This document shows positions 53,401 to 64,000 of a DNA stretch of 64,000 bases, in pieces. The notes under the pieces were generated by a model. The model was not told the origin of the DNA. It worked only from the letters and a program-made list of their open reading frames with translations, and made no database searches. Each line of letters opens with the position of its first letter. Positions within the stretch are counted from its first letter, which is position 1. The DNA is from the human T2T-CHM13v2.0 reference genome, Homo sapiens, in assembly GCF_009914755.1 (NCBI RefSeq), contig NC_060945.1; one strand, written 5' to 3'. The position numbers were made by a program, and so were the translations under genes.

Positions 53401-54662
53401 TAGTAAGCATCATTATAACTAATACCAAATGGTTTAGCTACAATTGTACTTTGAAAAGTTTTGGGAATTTTATTTTATTTTTTTTTTGGCATGTCAGGGC
53501 AGATGAAATTTCAAAAGAATACATACTTCATTCCTTCTGAAGTGACCCTTAATTATTTGGGGAGGAAAATGAGATGAAGCCTATGTGTCAACATATGCTA
53601 GACACCCTTAGTCTGTACATATGTGGACACATTTCAGACATCATAGGTGGAAAATGATTTTAAATGTTTTAAAGTACTTTTTCATTTGAGAAGCAAGGGT
53701 AACCAAATATTTACTGTCAAAAGAAAAAGAAAATTGACCTACTCCTCTTCTTCATATCTAAAAATATGTTCATTATGAACACATTTGGGTTCTCTACTAT
53801 AGGGAACAAATTTCCTAGATCTGAGTAACAGTAATTTGTATTAAATCTGTCCATCAAAGAAATCGGTATTCCAACTCCCCTAAAAGGTGGTGGGGAGTAA
53901 AATTAAATACAAAAGTTTTCAAAAAATTGGGTGGTATTTTTTATCATCAAAGAGCTATGAAATAACTTTTTTTCATTAAGAATATTTCACTTTGAGACTT
54001 TTATTTCTGCCCTTTCCATAACATGTATGTTTTTCCTAATGTCATTTTTCCTGGCCGAGAAGCACGTTAACAAAAATAGAGATTTTTTTTTTAAGTGGAG
54101 GTGGAGAGAACAGGAGTGTTATGTCACAAGTGACTTCAAATGGAAGAAAAATACCAATTCCACATTTTATTCTGAAGAGAGAATGGAAATTTAAAGATAA
54201 TGTTCACTAACTTTCCCTGTGTGCCCATAGTCAACCAAAGATTTCTGTGTCTGCTTAACCCAGCATTGATCCAACTAATAAATTGTTCCTTTATAGAAAA
54301 TAATCTCTGTCCCAACACAAGAGGAAGCAGTGTGAATTCTTTATTTTTAGCTAGGCTGCATATCATGAATCCTTGCCATGTTGAGGAATTGTGCTACTGA
54401 TTCTTTCTACTAAAGACCATTTGGGGCATTTGAATTAAGTAACCTGCTCTTCATGCTGACTAATACGGATAGATTCTTACCATTTTCCAGTACTTCATGT
54501 AAATATTTCCATCTCCTATCAAATAAAACTAGTATTTCTTGACTCTTTTAATATACTTCAAGAAGCTTTTATGTTTGTTTTGGAATGTTTTAATTTTCAC
54601 TTTATTGATTTTTAGCTAAAATGTTACCCTTTTACTCTACAAGTTAATTTTGAGTGGAGTGA

Positions 54663-55097
<435 letters not shown>

Positions 55098-55144
55098 AGC
55101 ATTTTTCAGATATACCATAGGAGTGGCAAGTGGCTGCATAAGAA

Positions 55145-56385
55145 ACAAAAATATACAAATGGCTAACAGGCATATAAAAAGGTGCCCAACATCATTGATC
55201 ATCAGAGAAATGCAAGTCAAAAGTACAATGAAGTATCATCTCACCCCAGTAAAAATGGTTTTTATCCAAAAGACAGGCAATAATGACTGCTGGTGAGGAT
55301 GTGGATAGAAGGGAACCCTCAAATACTGTTGATGTTCCCATGGAGCTACTATGGAGAACAGTTTGTAGCTTCTTTAAGAAACTAAAAATAGAACAACCCT
55401 ACTGCTAGGTATATACCCCCAAAAAAGGAAATCAGTATATCGAAGATATACCTGCACTCGTATGGGTTTCATTTGTTTGTTTGAGATGGGGTTTCACTCC
55501 CATAGCCCAGGTTGAAGTGCAGTGGTGTGATCTCAGCTCACTGCAGACTCAACTACCCAGACTCAGGTGACCCTCCCACCTCAGCCTCCTGAGTAGCTGG
55601 GACTACAGGCTGGCACTACCACACTTAGCTAATATTTTATATTTTTAGTAGAGATGAAGGCTTACCACATTACCTAAGTTGGTCTTGAACTCCTGGGCTC
55701 AAGCAATCTGCCTGCCTTGGCCTCCCAAAGTGCTAGGATTACAGGCCAGAGCCACAACACCCAGCCTCCTATGTTTATTACAGCACTGTTCACAATAGCC
55801 AAGATTTGGAAGCAACCTAAGTGTCCATAAGCAGATGAACGGATAAAGAAAATGTGGTATGTATACCCAGTGGAGTATTATTCAGCCACAAATAAGAATG
55901 AGATCCTGTCATTTACAACAATATGGATGAAACTGGAGGTCATTATGTTAAACGAAATAAGCTAGGCACAGAAACACAAACTTGGTATGTTCTCTTTCAT
56001 TTGTGGGAGTTAAAAATTAAAAGAATTGAACTCATGGAGATAGAGAGTAGAATGATGGTTATCAGAGGCTATTAAGGGTTGTGGTGGAGAGGAAAGAGAA
56101 TGGTTAATGTGGACAAAAACATAGGTGGAATGAATAAGATGTAGTATTTGATAGCACAATAGGGTGACTATAATGAATAATAACTTATTATACATTTTAA
56201 AATAACTAAAGAATAAAATTGGATTGTTTGTACCAAAAAGAAAAATGATGCTTGAGGTAATGAATATTTCATTTGCCCTGATGTGATTACTATGAATTGT
56301 ACGCCTATATCAAAATATCTTATGTGCCCCATAAATATATACACCTACTATGTACCCACAAAAATTAAAAATTAAAAAAAGAAAT
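55145..56385 (+). mobile_element. L1MA 3' fragment with a nested AluJ (about 55470-55766, minus strand)
   Basis: ORF2 C-terminus ([23 protein letters not shown]), 3' UTR and A-tail. Confidence 0.9.
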
Positions 56386-58063
56386 CAAAATTAATGCCTT
56401 TGATAAGTAGAGAAATTTTCAAACCGATTGACACATAACTACTGTCCAATAAATGTTCGATGTTATTATAATTTGTCACCGCATCCACTTTCAACACCTG
56501 CGACCTCAGTGTTTTCATAATCTGGTTATATCCGCATATTCATTTCCAGTTACCAAATAAAATTCCAAAACTCAGACCTAGTGCGGTCAGTCCCACAATG
56601 CCATAAGCCACCTATCTTCTGTTTGCGCTTTTCCCAAATAAGAATTTTAAAGTATGCACTGACAATCAATATCAATACATATATTATTAGTGTAAGAATT
56701 AATAATGATGCACGAAATACTTTGATCCGCTGAGGGAGAGAAGTTATACAAGATTTTATCAATTTCCGGTGGCATCATGTGCTTCTCTCGCTCAGGTTGT
56801 GGCCTTGATATAAGTAGCTCTCCCTTCACTGGCTTCAATCACTTTTTGTTCTGAAAGTATTTATTCCCATTGCTAGTGTTACTACAGCACCCACAATAGG
56901 AGATACACAATAAATGATCCAGAAAATAGTTTCTCTCCTCAACAATCACTTGTAACTCCTGGTAACATTGGCCATAAAATAAACTCTCCCAATCCCACAT
57001 GCCCAGGGGCTGAAAGAATTCAGGGTGGGCCAGATGGAAATTATATCCTGAACCTACAAGAAATTAAATATGCTCAGCCTCTCCAGTTTCCCTGTTTTTT
57101 TGTTTTTTTTTTTTTTTTTTTTGGTTTACATGGGAACCTGTGTTTGTAATGGAGTTTTGTGTTAACCAGCTGCAGACAGAGTCCTTATTGCCTGTGCCTT
57201 CCCAGTGCCACAGAACTCCTTTTCCTAACATTTATTCAAGTCATGGTTTATGGTTTCATATGCTTTTTAATTGATTTTAGTCTTTCCCTACCAGAGGCAA
57301 TGTTTGGGTGCTTTGTTTGTTTTATTGGTTGGTTGGTTGGTTTGGGTTTGGGTTTACTTGCTAGTTTTGCCCACATTTTATCCCCACTGTATCTAACAAT
57401 GTCCTAGGGTCTGATAGGCTTTTTAAAAATATCTGGTTGACTGACTACTTAATCAAGTTCTCATGTTCTCTAAGGGTTTCTAAGATGACATGCTTTCTCA
57501 ATATTCATTTGCCCTCTTCTTTCCTTTCCCTGATGCCTATGCCTTACAGAACAAATGGCCTTGTTGGGTTTAACATATTTCTAAAAACTGGATTAATCAA
57601 TACACCTCCATTTACAGCAACCACCTCCAGCACTATGATCACCATAATCTTTGTCTTTTTGTTAGAGAAACCCTATCCCTTCTATTTTTTCTCCTGCTAC
57701 ATGGTTTAAATTTCTTATGTGTTATCACTGACCTTGTGCTATGGATGGAACTATGTGGGCAAAATCACTCTTTGGCTTTCTACATAACAATTTTTTCAGG
57801 GTTGTTTTCTCTTTCTTATGAGGGAAAGTTTATGCTATCTCTAAAATATTGCAAATGGTTCTCCCAGTCTTCCTCTTACCTGGCTGTGTTTCTGGCCAAA
57901 GTTGAGAAAATGGAGAAGAAAGCTCATGGCCCCTCAAGTAGCCTACCATACAGCGGAGAGCACCTGTGTGGACAAAAATTACAATGTGATGAGAGAGACG
58001 CTGTCATGGAGATCTGTATGAAGTGCTGTGAGATAACAAGAGAAACATCCAGATCTACCCCCC

Positions 58064-58064
<1 letters not shown>

Positions 58065-58111
<47 letters not shown>
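58065..58111. repeat. (CA)n microsatellite
   Basis: About 23 units. Confidence 0.97.
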
Positions 58112-58115
<4 letters not shown>

Positions 58116-58266
58116 CAAGGGAGAAGTCATAGGAAAAAAAGAACTTTAAAATGGCAACTGGAGTCATAAGTATGCATTTGCTGGGCATAGACATTCTACG
58201 TAGAGAAAGCAGACTGTAAGCAATAGAGGGGGCAGCCTGCCCAGCTGATATGAGTAATTCAGTGTT

Positions 58267-58268
58267 GT

Positions 58269-58317
<49 letters not shown>

Positions 58318-58318
58318 C
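58267..58318. repeat. (TG)n(CG)n alternating purine-pyrimidine tract
   Basis: Directly visible. Confidence 0.95.
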
Positions 58319-60299
58319 AGGTGTGCAGGTGTTTATGAAGGAGTGTTTATGAAGGTGTTAGGAGATTAAATATTGAAAGATGAGTATAGACAGGTTAGCA
58401 TAGTTCAACTAAATATCTTTTACTCTATCCTGTGGGCAATCAGAGGCTGTTTTATATTTACTGGTGAGAAAGATTTCTGGCATAAAGCAGAGAACTGACC
58501 GGTGAAGAATGATATTAAAAGCAGAGAGAATTATACAGCACTTGAAGCAAGAGATGGCATGCATTGATGAGCTGATGCTACAACAGAGTCAGTGGAGAAG
58601 ATATCTGGAGGCATGTTAACAGACTTGATGATGGTTTGAGTGGGTGCTGGATGTAAGGTGAGCGGAGGCATCTTGGATAATGTCTAGGATCACAGAGAGG
58701 ACGGCAGAGGAGTAAATTGGAGGAGAATATGAGTTTAGTAGTGAAACAACAGGTGAAGATATCCAGGTGGAATCAATGTTTTTATTTGAAAAGCAATGGA
58801 AGAATCTGGTTGGAGGAATAAATTTGAAATTCATCAGCAACTGAGCGCAGATGAAGGCAAGTAAGAAAATGAAATTACCCTTGCAGAGTAGCAAGACAAA
58901 AGAAATAAGTTTATGTTTGTTTCGTTCTGAGCTACAATGTAAACAAGGCTGCTTTACAACGGCTTTATTTATTTTTACTTTCATGCAATTTTTTACACAT
59001 CTTTTGGAGGGTAAACTTCACCATATCCATTAATAATCCTTGGTTATTTAAAATGGAAAAAAAAGAATGAAATTCTGGTGAATCTCCATCTGTAAGGTAT
59101 AGATGGAGGAAGCAGAGCTACAAAGTACACTGAGAATTAATTGGCCAGAGAAATAGAAAAGAATTCATGTAAAAATGAAAGTTGGAGCATAAAGTGGTAA
59201 ACAATATAAAATGTCATAAAGAGGGTCAGGTAAAAAGAGGAACAATTTTCTTTTTGGTTATAACACCTTGAAGGGCTTCGATGATGGTTGCTAGAAAAAT
59301 TTTAACAGATTAGTGCTGTGTGAGGCCAAAGTGCAATGATTATTAATGTCAACAGAGGAGAAGGAATAGAGACATCTAAACAGTAGCTCCATGAGGTTTC
59401 ATCTTAAAGACGAATAAAGAAAACTCAAGACCGAAGATAACATCAATCAAGAGTAAAAAGTAGAAGATACACAAAGAAAGAATAATTTTTGGACCAAGTT
59501 CTTCAAAGAGGTGAAGAGAAGTGTGAGGTAGAACACAGATGGCATGAACTTGAATAGTGATGGATACATCTCTGCTAAGGCAGAGTGAAAAAAGGGGCAT
59601 GAGAAGATGAGTGTGAGGAAGAAAAGCCAGAAAGTTAACATTTGCTTCCAATAGCCTTTATTCTCTGGTGAAAGCAAACACAGAGCTAGACAGGGAGATG
59701 GAGTGCCGACGGCTTCAATAACCACGTGAGGAATTATAGATGGGGGGATGAGAGAATGACTAAGGCTCCAAAGAGAACCGTTTTGAGTTCACAGCTAGTG
59801 ACAGCAGATGACCCTAATGCAGTGTGTTAAATCTGTTCTCCAGAGGTATGAACTTCAGGCTGGCATTGGGCCAGAAGAAGATGATTGCTGGCTCTGTCCT
59901 GTGAAGGAGGTGTGGGTAGGAGGATTTTCACAGCGGATGCACTTGAACAGGTAAGGGATGGGAATCCCAATGGTTAGAAGAAACAATACAGAAATAGGAG
60001 GTTCTAAGGCATGTCTGGAAGTGTCTTATTTCTTATATCTTTACTTTTGCCACAGTGATGGGATTCTCCTTATCAAGGCCCAGCTTTTCTATTGATGTCA
60101 TGCAGAGAGCAAGCCATGTAGTTCTTGCTTCCAGGAAATATTTTTTTCTGGGAAAGTATGGAAGGAATCTGTGTGCTCTGTGAGCTGCCCTGGCCTGACC
60201 ACACAGCTGGCTCTGTCAAAAACCAAGAGGATTTTCAGATGTTTCCCTAAGGCAAAGATACATATTGTGTATATCCAGCAGTTTATTTATCTAATAAAA

Positions 60300-60550
60300 T
60301 AATCACACATAGTTCTCCTACTATGGGCCGTAACTCTTTGAGCACTTTGTAAATATCAATTAATTTAACCCCCAGAACTGCCCACCAAGGTGAGTATTGT
60401 CATTATCCCCATTTCACAGATAGGGAAGCTGAAGTCTAGAGAAGTTAGGTGTGGTGTCTACAGACTCAAAGTGGGTAAGACACAGGGAGGGATTTGAACC
60501 TAGACAGTCCAGCTCTGGAGTCTGGATTCTTATCCACTATTCCAAGCTGT
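60300..60550 (-). mobile_element. MIR
   Basis: 'attatccccatttcacagatagggaagctgaag...gggatttgaacctagacagtc'. Confidence 0.85.
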
Positions 60551-62581
60551 CTTTTTATAATCAAATAGTTAAAAGTTGTAAAATTCTGTGTGGTGGGAAT
60601 TTTCTAACTACTCCAATTTCTTCCTATTACACTATCACCAAACATTTAATTAGAATTGGCAACTTAATAATTTCAATTTTGTTATCTTCTTTAAAGACAT
60701 AAAGGTGCAGCATAAAGGTGAGCATTTTTATTTTAATGTCATAGAATGTTTTTTCCTTCACCATGAAATATCCACATCTTTGATTTCCATGAGTCATAGA
60801 ACATTCGTGGATTCCCTGGACGTCAGCCCTATTTTAACTCCCTTTGTTTCCAGAGCAGGTGTCTACACAGTTGGTCATGGTGACCTCTGTTTGTTCTGGG
60901 AGCCTTTTTGAATTATTAGAAGGTAGTCTACTATTAGCCAGTATTCCACTTGGCAAAGCCAAACACGTGTCAAGCCTGCTTGGAGATATATATATATATA
61001 AAATTTGATTTTCCTTATTCTTAGCCAGTTATACATCTGTGTATATATTATTAATTGTTATAAGTTTAATTTTTCCATTGTCCTATATATACGTATTTGT
61101 GTCTGGAAATTATTATCTTCTGTTTAAAATTCAAACACATTGTTTCTTTAGTTAATAGATTACTCTGTCTTCACAGAGATGTTGGTTTGATTTTCTAGAG
61201 AAAAAGTTCTGGGATTTTGAATGTTTTGTATTTTGAACACTGAGCCAAACTCTGACCACATTTTTTTAATGGAAACACTTCTGATGAAAAGATAAAGCAT
61301 TATGTTAACCTGTAGTCTTTGGAGTTGAAGTCTAAACAGAAGTATAATGCGTGAATTGACTGATTATTTCCCGCTTCTGAGTTAGCTGGCTTTTTACTGT
61401 TAGCTGTAAGAGTCACAGGGCTCACAAAATTCTGTCTCCCCCTAACCAATGAGTAAGAAATGATGAGTTGTTTAATATAATACAAATCAAATTATAGAAT
61501 GTTGCCAAAAGAATGACAACGGCAGTTTGATAATGGAGCAATTAAAGTTTAATTAAGAAAAATACATTTTTGATTTGGCAGATAATTGAGATAATATCTT
61601 CTACTATGATGTTGGAAAAAATATAAAAGAATAATTAAAAATTTTTAAGTGGAAATGAAGAGTAGAAAATAAAATCTCTAAGCACAAAACATTCTTAGTT
61701 TCCTCAGTGCAGTAGAAAGGCCAGCTTGCCTGAAGCAAAATGTACAAAAGTAGTTCTGAATCCCAGCATTCATAGCAGATCTGTGACTTATACTTTCGAT
61801 AGCATTGTTCAGGAAAAATCCATGACCCCAGAATATAGGTGAGAATCTCATTAGTAATGATTAATGATTTACATGAGTACAGTAATTTACCTTTTGCAAA
61901 GTTATTTATTCATTTAACTAAAAATTATCTGTTGATCATTTACTATGTGCACAGCACTGTGTTAGATAATAGAGCAACAAGATCTTTACTCCCACTGAGT
62001 TTCCATCTACCCAGGAAGATGAAGCATGACATGTCATTTCAAATGTGATTATGTGTATTATGAAAGGCTAAGTACAAATTGCTATGGCGGCAAATGCTAC
62101 GCGGGACTTAGGACACATAGACTCTGTCTACATGCTTATAAAAGATGGTTTTTAAAATGTTAGTGTGCTTAAAAGCTCTATACCCGTCTAACTGTAGCTA
62201 TACATTACAGCATTCATCACATTCTATGTGTATGTATACCTATTCCGCCAAACATTGTTCTTAACTCTGATTACATAATAAGTGGTCTGCAGGGAAGCCC
62301 AAGCAAAAATATATTTTTAAAAGAGCTTCCCAGGTAATTCTACCACACAGCCATGATCAAGAACCACAACACGAGGCCACGAGCTTCTTAAGGACAGAGA
62401 TACCTGTTGTCCTGAACTTTATGCCTAACATCTGGCATGGTAAACTATACAGATTTGGTGTACAATAAACGCTTGTACATTGAACTGAATTGATTTGAAA
62501 TGCCCTGGAAATGCATTATAAACTGCTTCCTCAAGAGAGAAAGTCTCAATATTGCATGTCCTTCTTTCATTTCTACTCTAG

Positions 62582-62621
62582 AAATGTAACATAAACATGA
62601 TGAAACAGCCATACCAATCCG
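62582..62621 (+). other. Candidate 40-nt exon
   Basis: Acceptor 'ccttctttcatttctactctag|' and donor 'CCG|GTGAGT'. Confidence 0.35.
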
Positions 62622-64000
62622 GTGAGTTATCTGCCTGTTCCCTCAGGGGGACAAAAAAATTAAAAGCATATTATTAAATAACTATAAAAAATTTGGATTA
62701 GGAAATATCCTAATTCACCCATGGCCTGTCTAGTCCACTCAGTTCTCAATGCACATGCCAACTATTGCTAAAACCATCTGTTCCCTTCCAGACATGGATG
62801 ATCCCATCAAACAACCATGAGCCAAATTTGCTAACCATCAGCCTGCAAAAAGTACACAGAGTTTGACTTTTCACCTGACCAATCCTATCAGCACTTCGTG
62901 CCAGTCATAAAGACAAAAAAATCCAACCAGCTGCACTCTGTGAATGGCTGAACTGATTGAACTGCCTAGATATTTTGGTCAGGAAGACACAATCTAAGGC
63001 TTCCCCATCAACACAAATTTCCATGGAAACCAAACCTGGAGATAGAGTACATGTACTTTATTTTAGGTCCAATGGTTGTCATGAGGCCTTCCCTGTGTCA
63101 GTCAAGGTTCTTGGTATCCAGGCCAGTGCTTTGCTCCATGGCTGGCTATCGTTTGAGCCATCACTTTAACCAGGCTCAGACAGTACTTGCTTTGAATAGG
63201 CTCCAAAGAGTTTTCCATGGAGAACTTATGTCTATAGAACTGTCTGCTCACCCAGACTTCATAAACCCTTTGTCTATCCAGACAGGAAAAAAAATCAACA
63301 TTGCACTGTTATTATTAAATTTATTTAGTATTATTTTATTCTTCTTAAAAATACAGCTACATTCCTCTCTTACCACAATATATCTGGAACTTGAAATTTT
63401 GTATCTGCTTTTTAAAACCATTTTAAGGATATCAATGACTTATATCCTAAATAGCCAAATATAAATTAACCCTTACTTTTCTTAACAGTCCAGAGCATTA
63501 TGAAATGAAAAACCATGTTTTACTGTGAAAAGTTACTCTCTGATTTTTGTAAATTCGGATTTGGGCACATCAGGCCCTCCACTATTTAATGGAAATAAAA
63601 GTGGAGGTATAACTTCACATTGATGATATCAATCCCTATTTTGTGCTTTCAACATTCACATCTTTATTTGCTTGCCTAATGTGTTAGGAGGAATTCAAGT
63701 CAGTGCAGGACACAGAAACCACACTGAAGGTTTTAAGCAGGGACAGATTAAAATAGGAAATTTGTTTCTGACAAAATTATTGAAAGGGCTTGAAGAACAG
63801 CTTCTATGCTGGACCTCGTGGAATGACTTCAGAAACAAAACTGACCCACTAAGCTCACTAAGGTGGTCACTGGAGCTGTGATGGAAGGGAGACGTTCCAC
63901 TGACATGGCTCCAGGGTCCTTCCCACATCCAAAAAGCTAAGAGAATGAATACTGGGAGCTGTGATTCTGAGACTGGAAAGCCAGATCATGACGCCAGCAC

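Noticed and set aside
56400-56900. Reversed, shuffled or viral insert as the cause of the CpG excess
   Set aside because: GpC is not depleted, so it is not a simple reversal. The left edge is continuous with a MIR-like tail and the ORFs resemble no viral protein I know. Kept only as a regulatory candidate.

Overview
Primate (probably human) AT-rich, repeat-dense DNA. I recognise no protein-coding gene, tRNA/rRNA gene or CRISPR array. Most ORFs in the track come from L1, Alu, LTR or microsatellite sequence. Bases 1-16.7 kb are three old L1 elements, all on the minus strand, with nested Alus, an LTR and TA-rich microsatellites. The rest is a mosaic of MIR/L2, MaLR LTRs (MLT1, THE1), ERV1 solo LTRs (MER61-like, MER67/MER31-like), a Tigger2a-like DNA transposon and Alus. 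It also holds an internally deleted class III (ERVL/HERV-S-like) provirus with a tRNA-Ser primer-binding site at 34.1-37.6 kb. The best non-repeat signals are candidate promoter/exon structures. These are a minus-strand two-exon unit at 42.1-43.0 kb, a plus-strand NF-kB/TATA/donor unit at 38.4-39.2 kb, an RFX X-box patch at 21.3 kb and a CpG-retaining patch at 56.4-56.8 kb. All are read by eye and unverified. I cannot support a claim of a new biological system. Repeat subfamily names are from memory of consensus sequences, and coordinates of old repeats are approximate.
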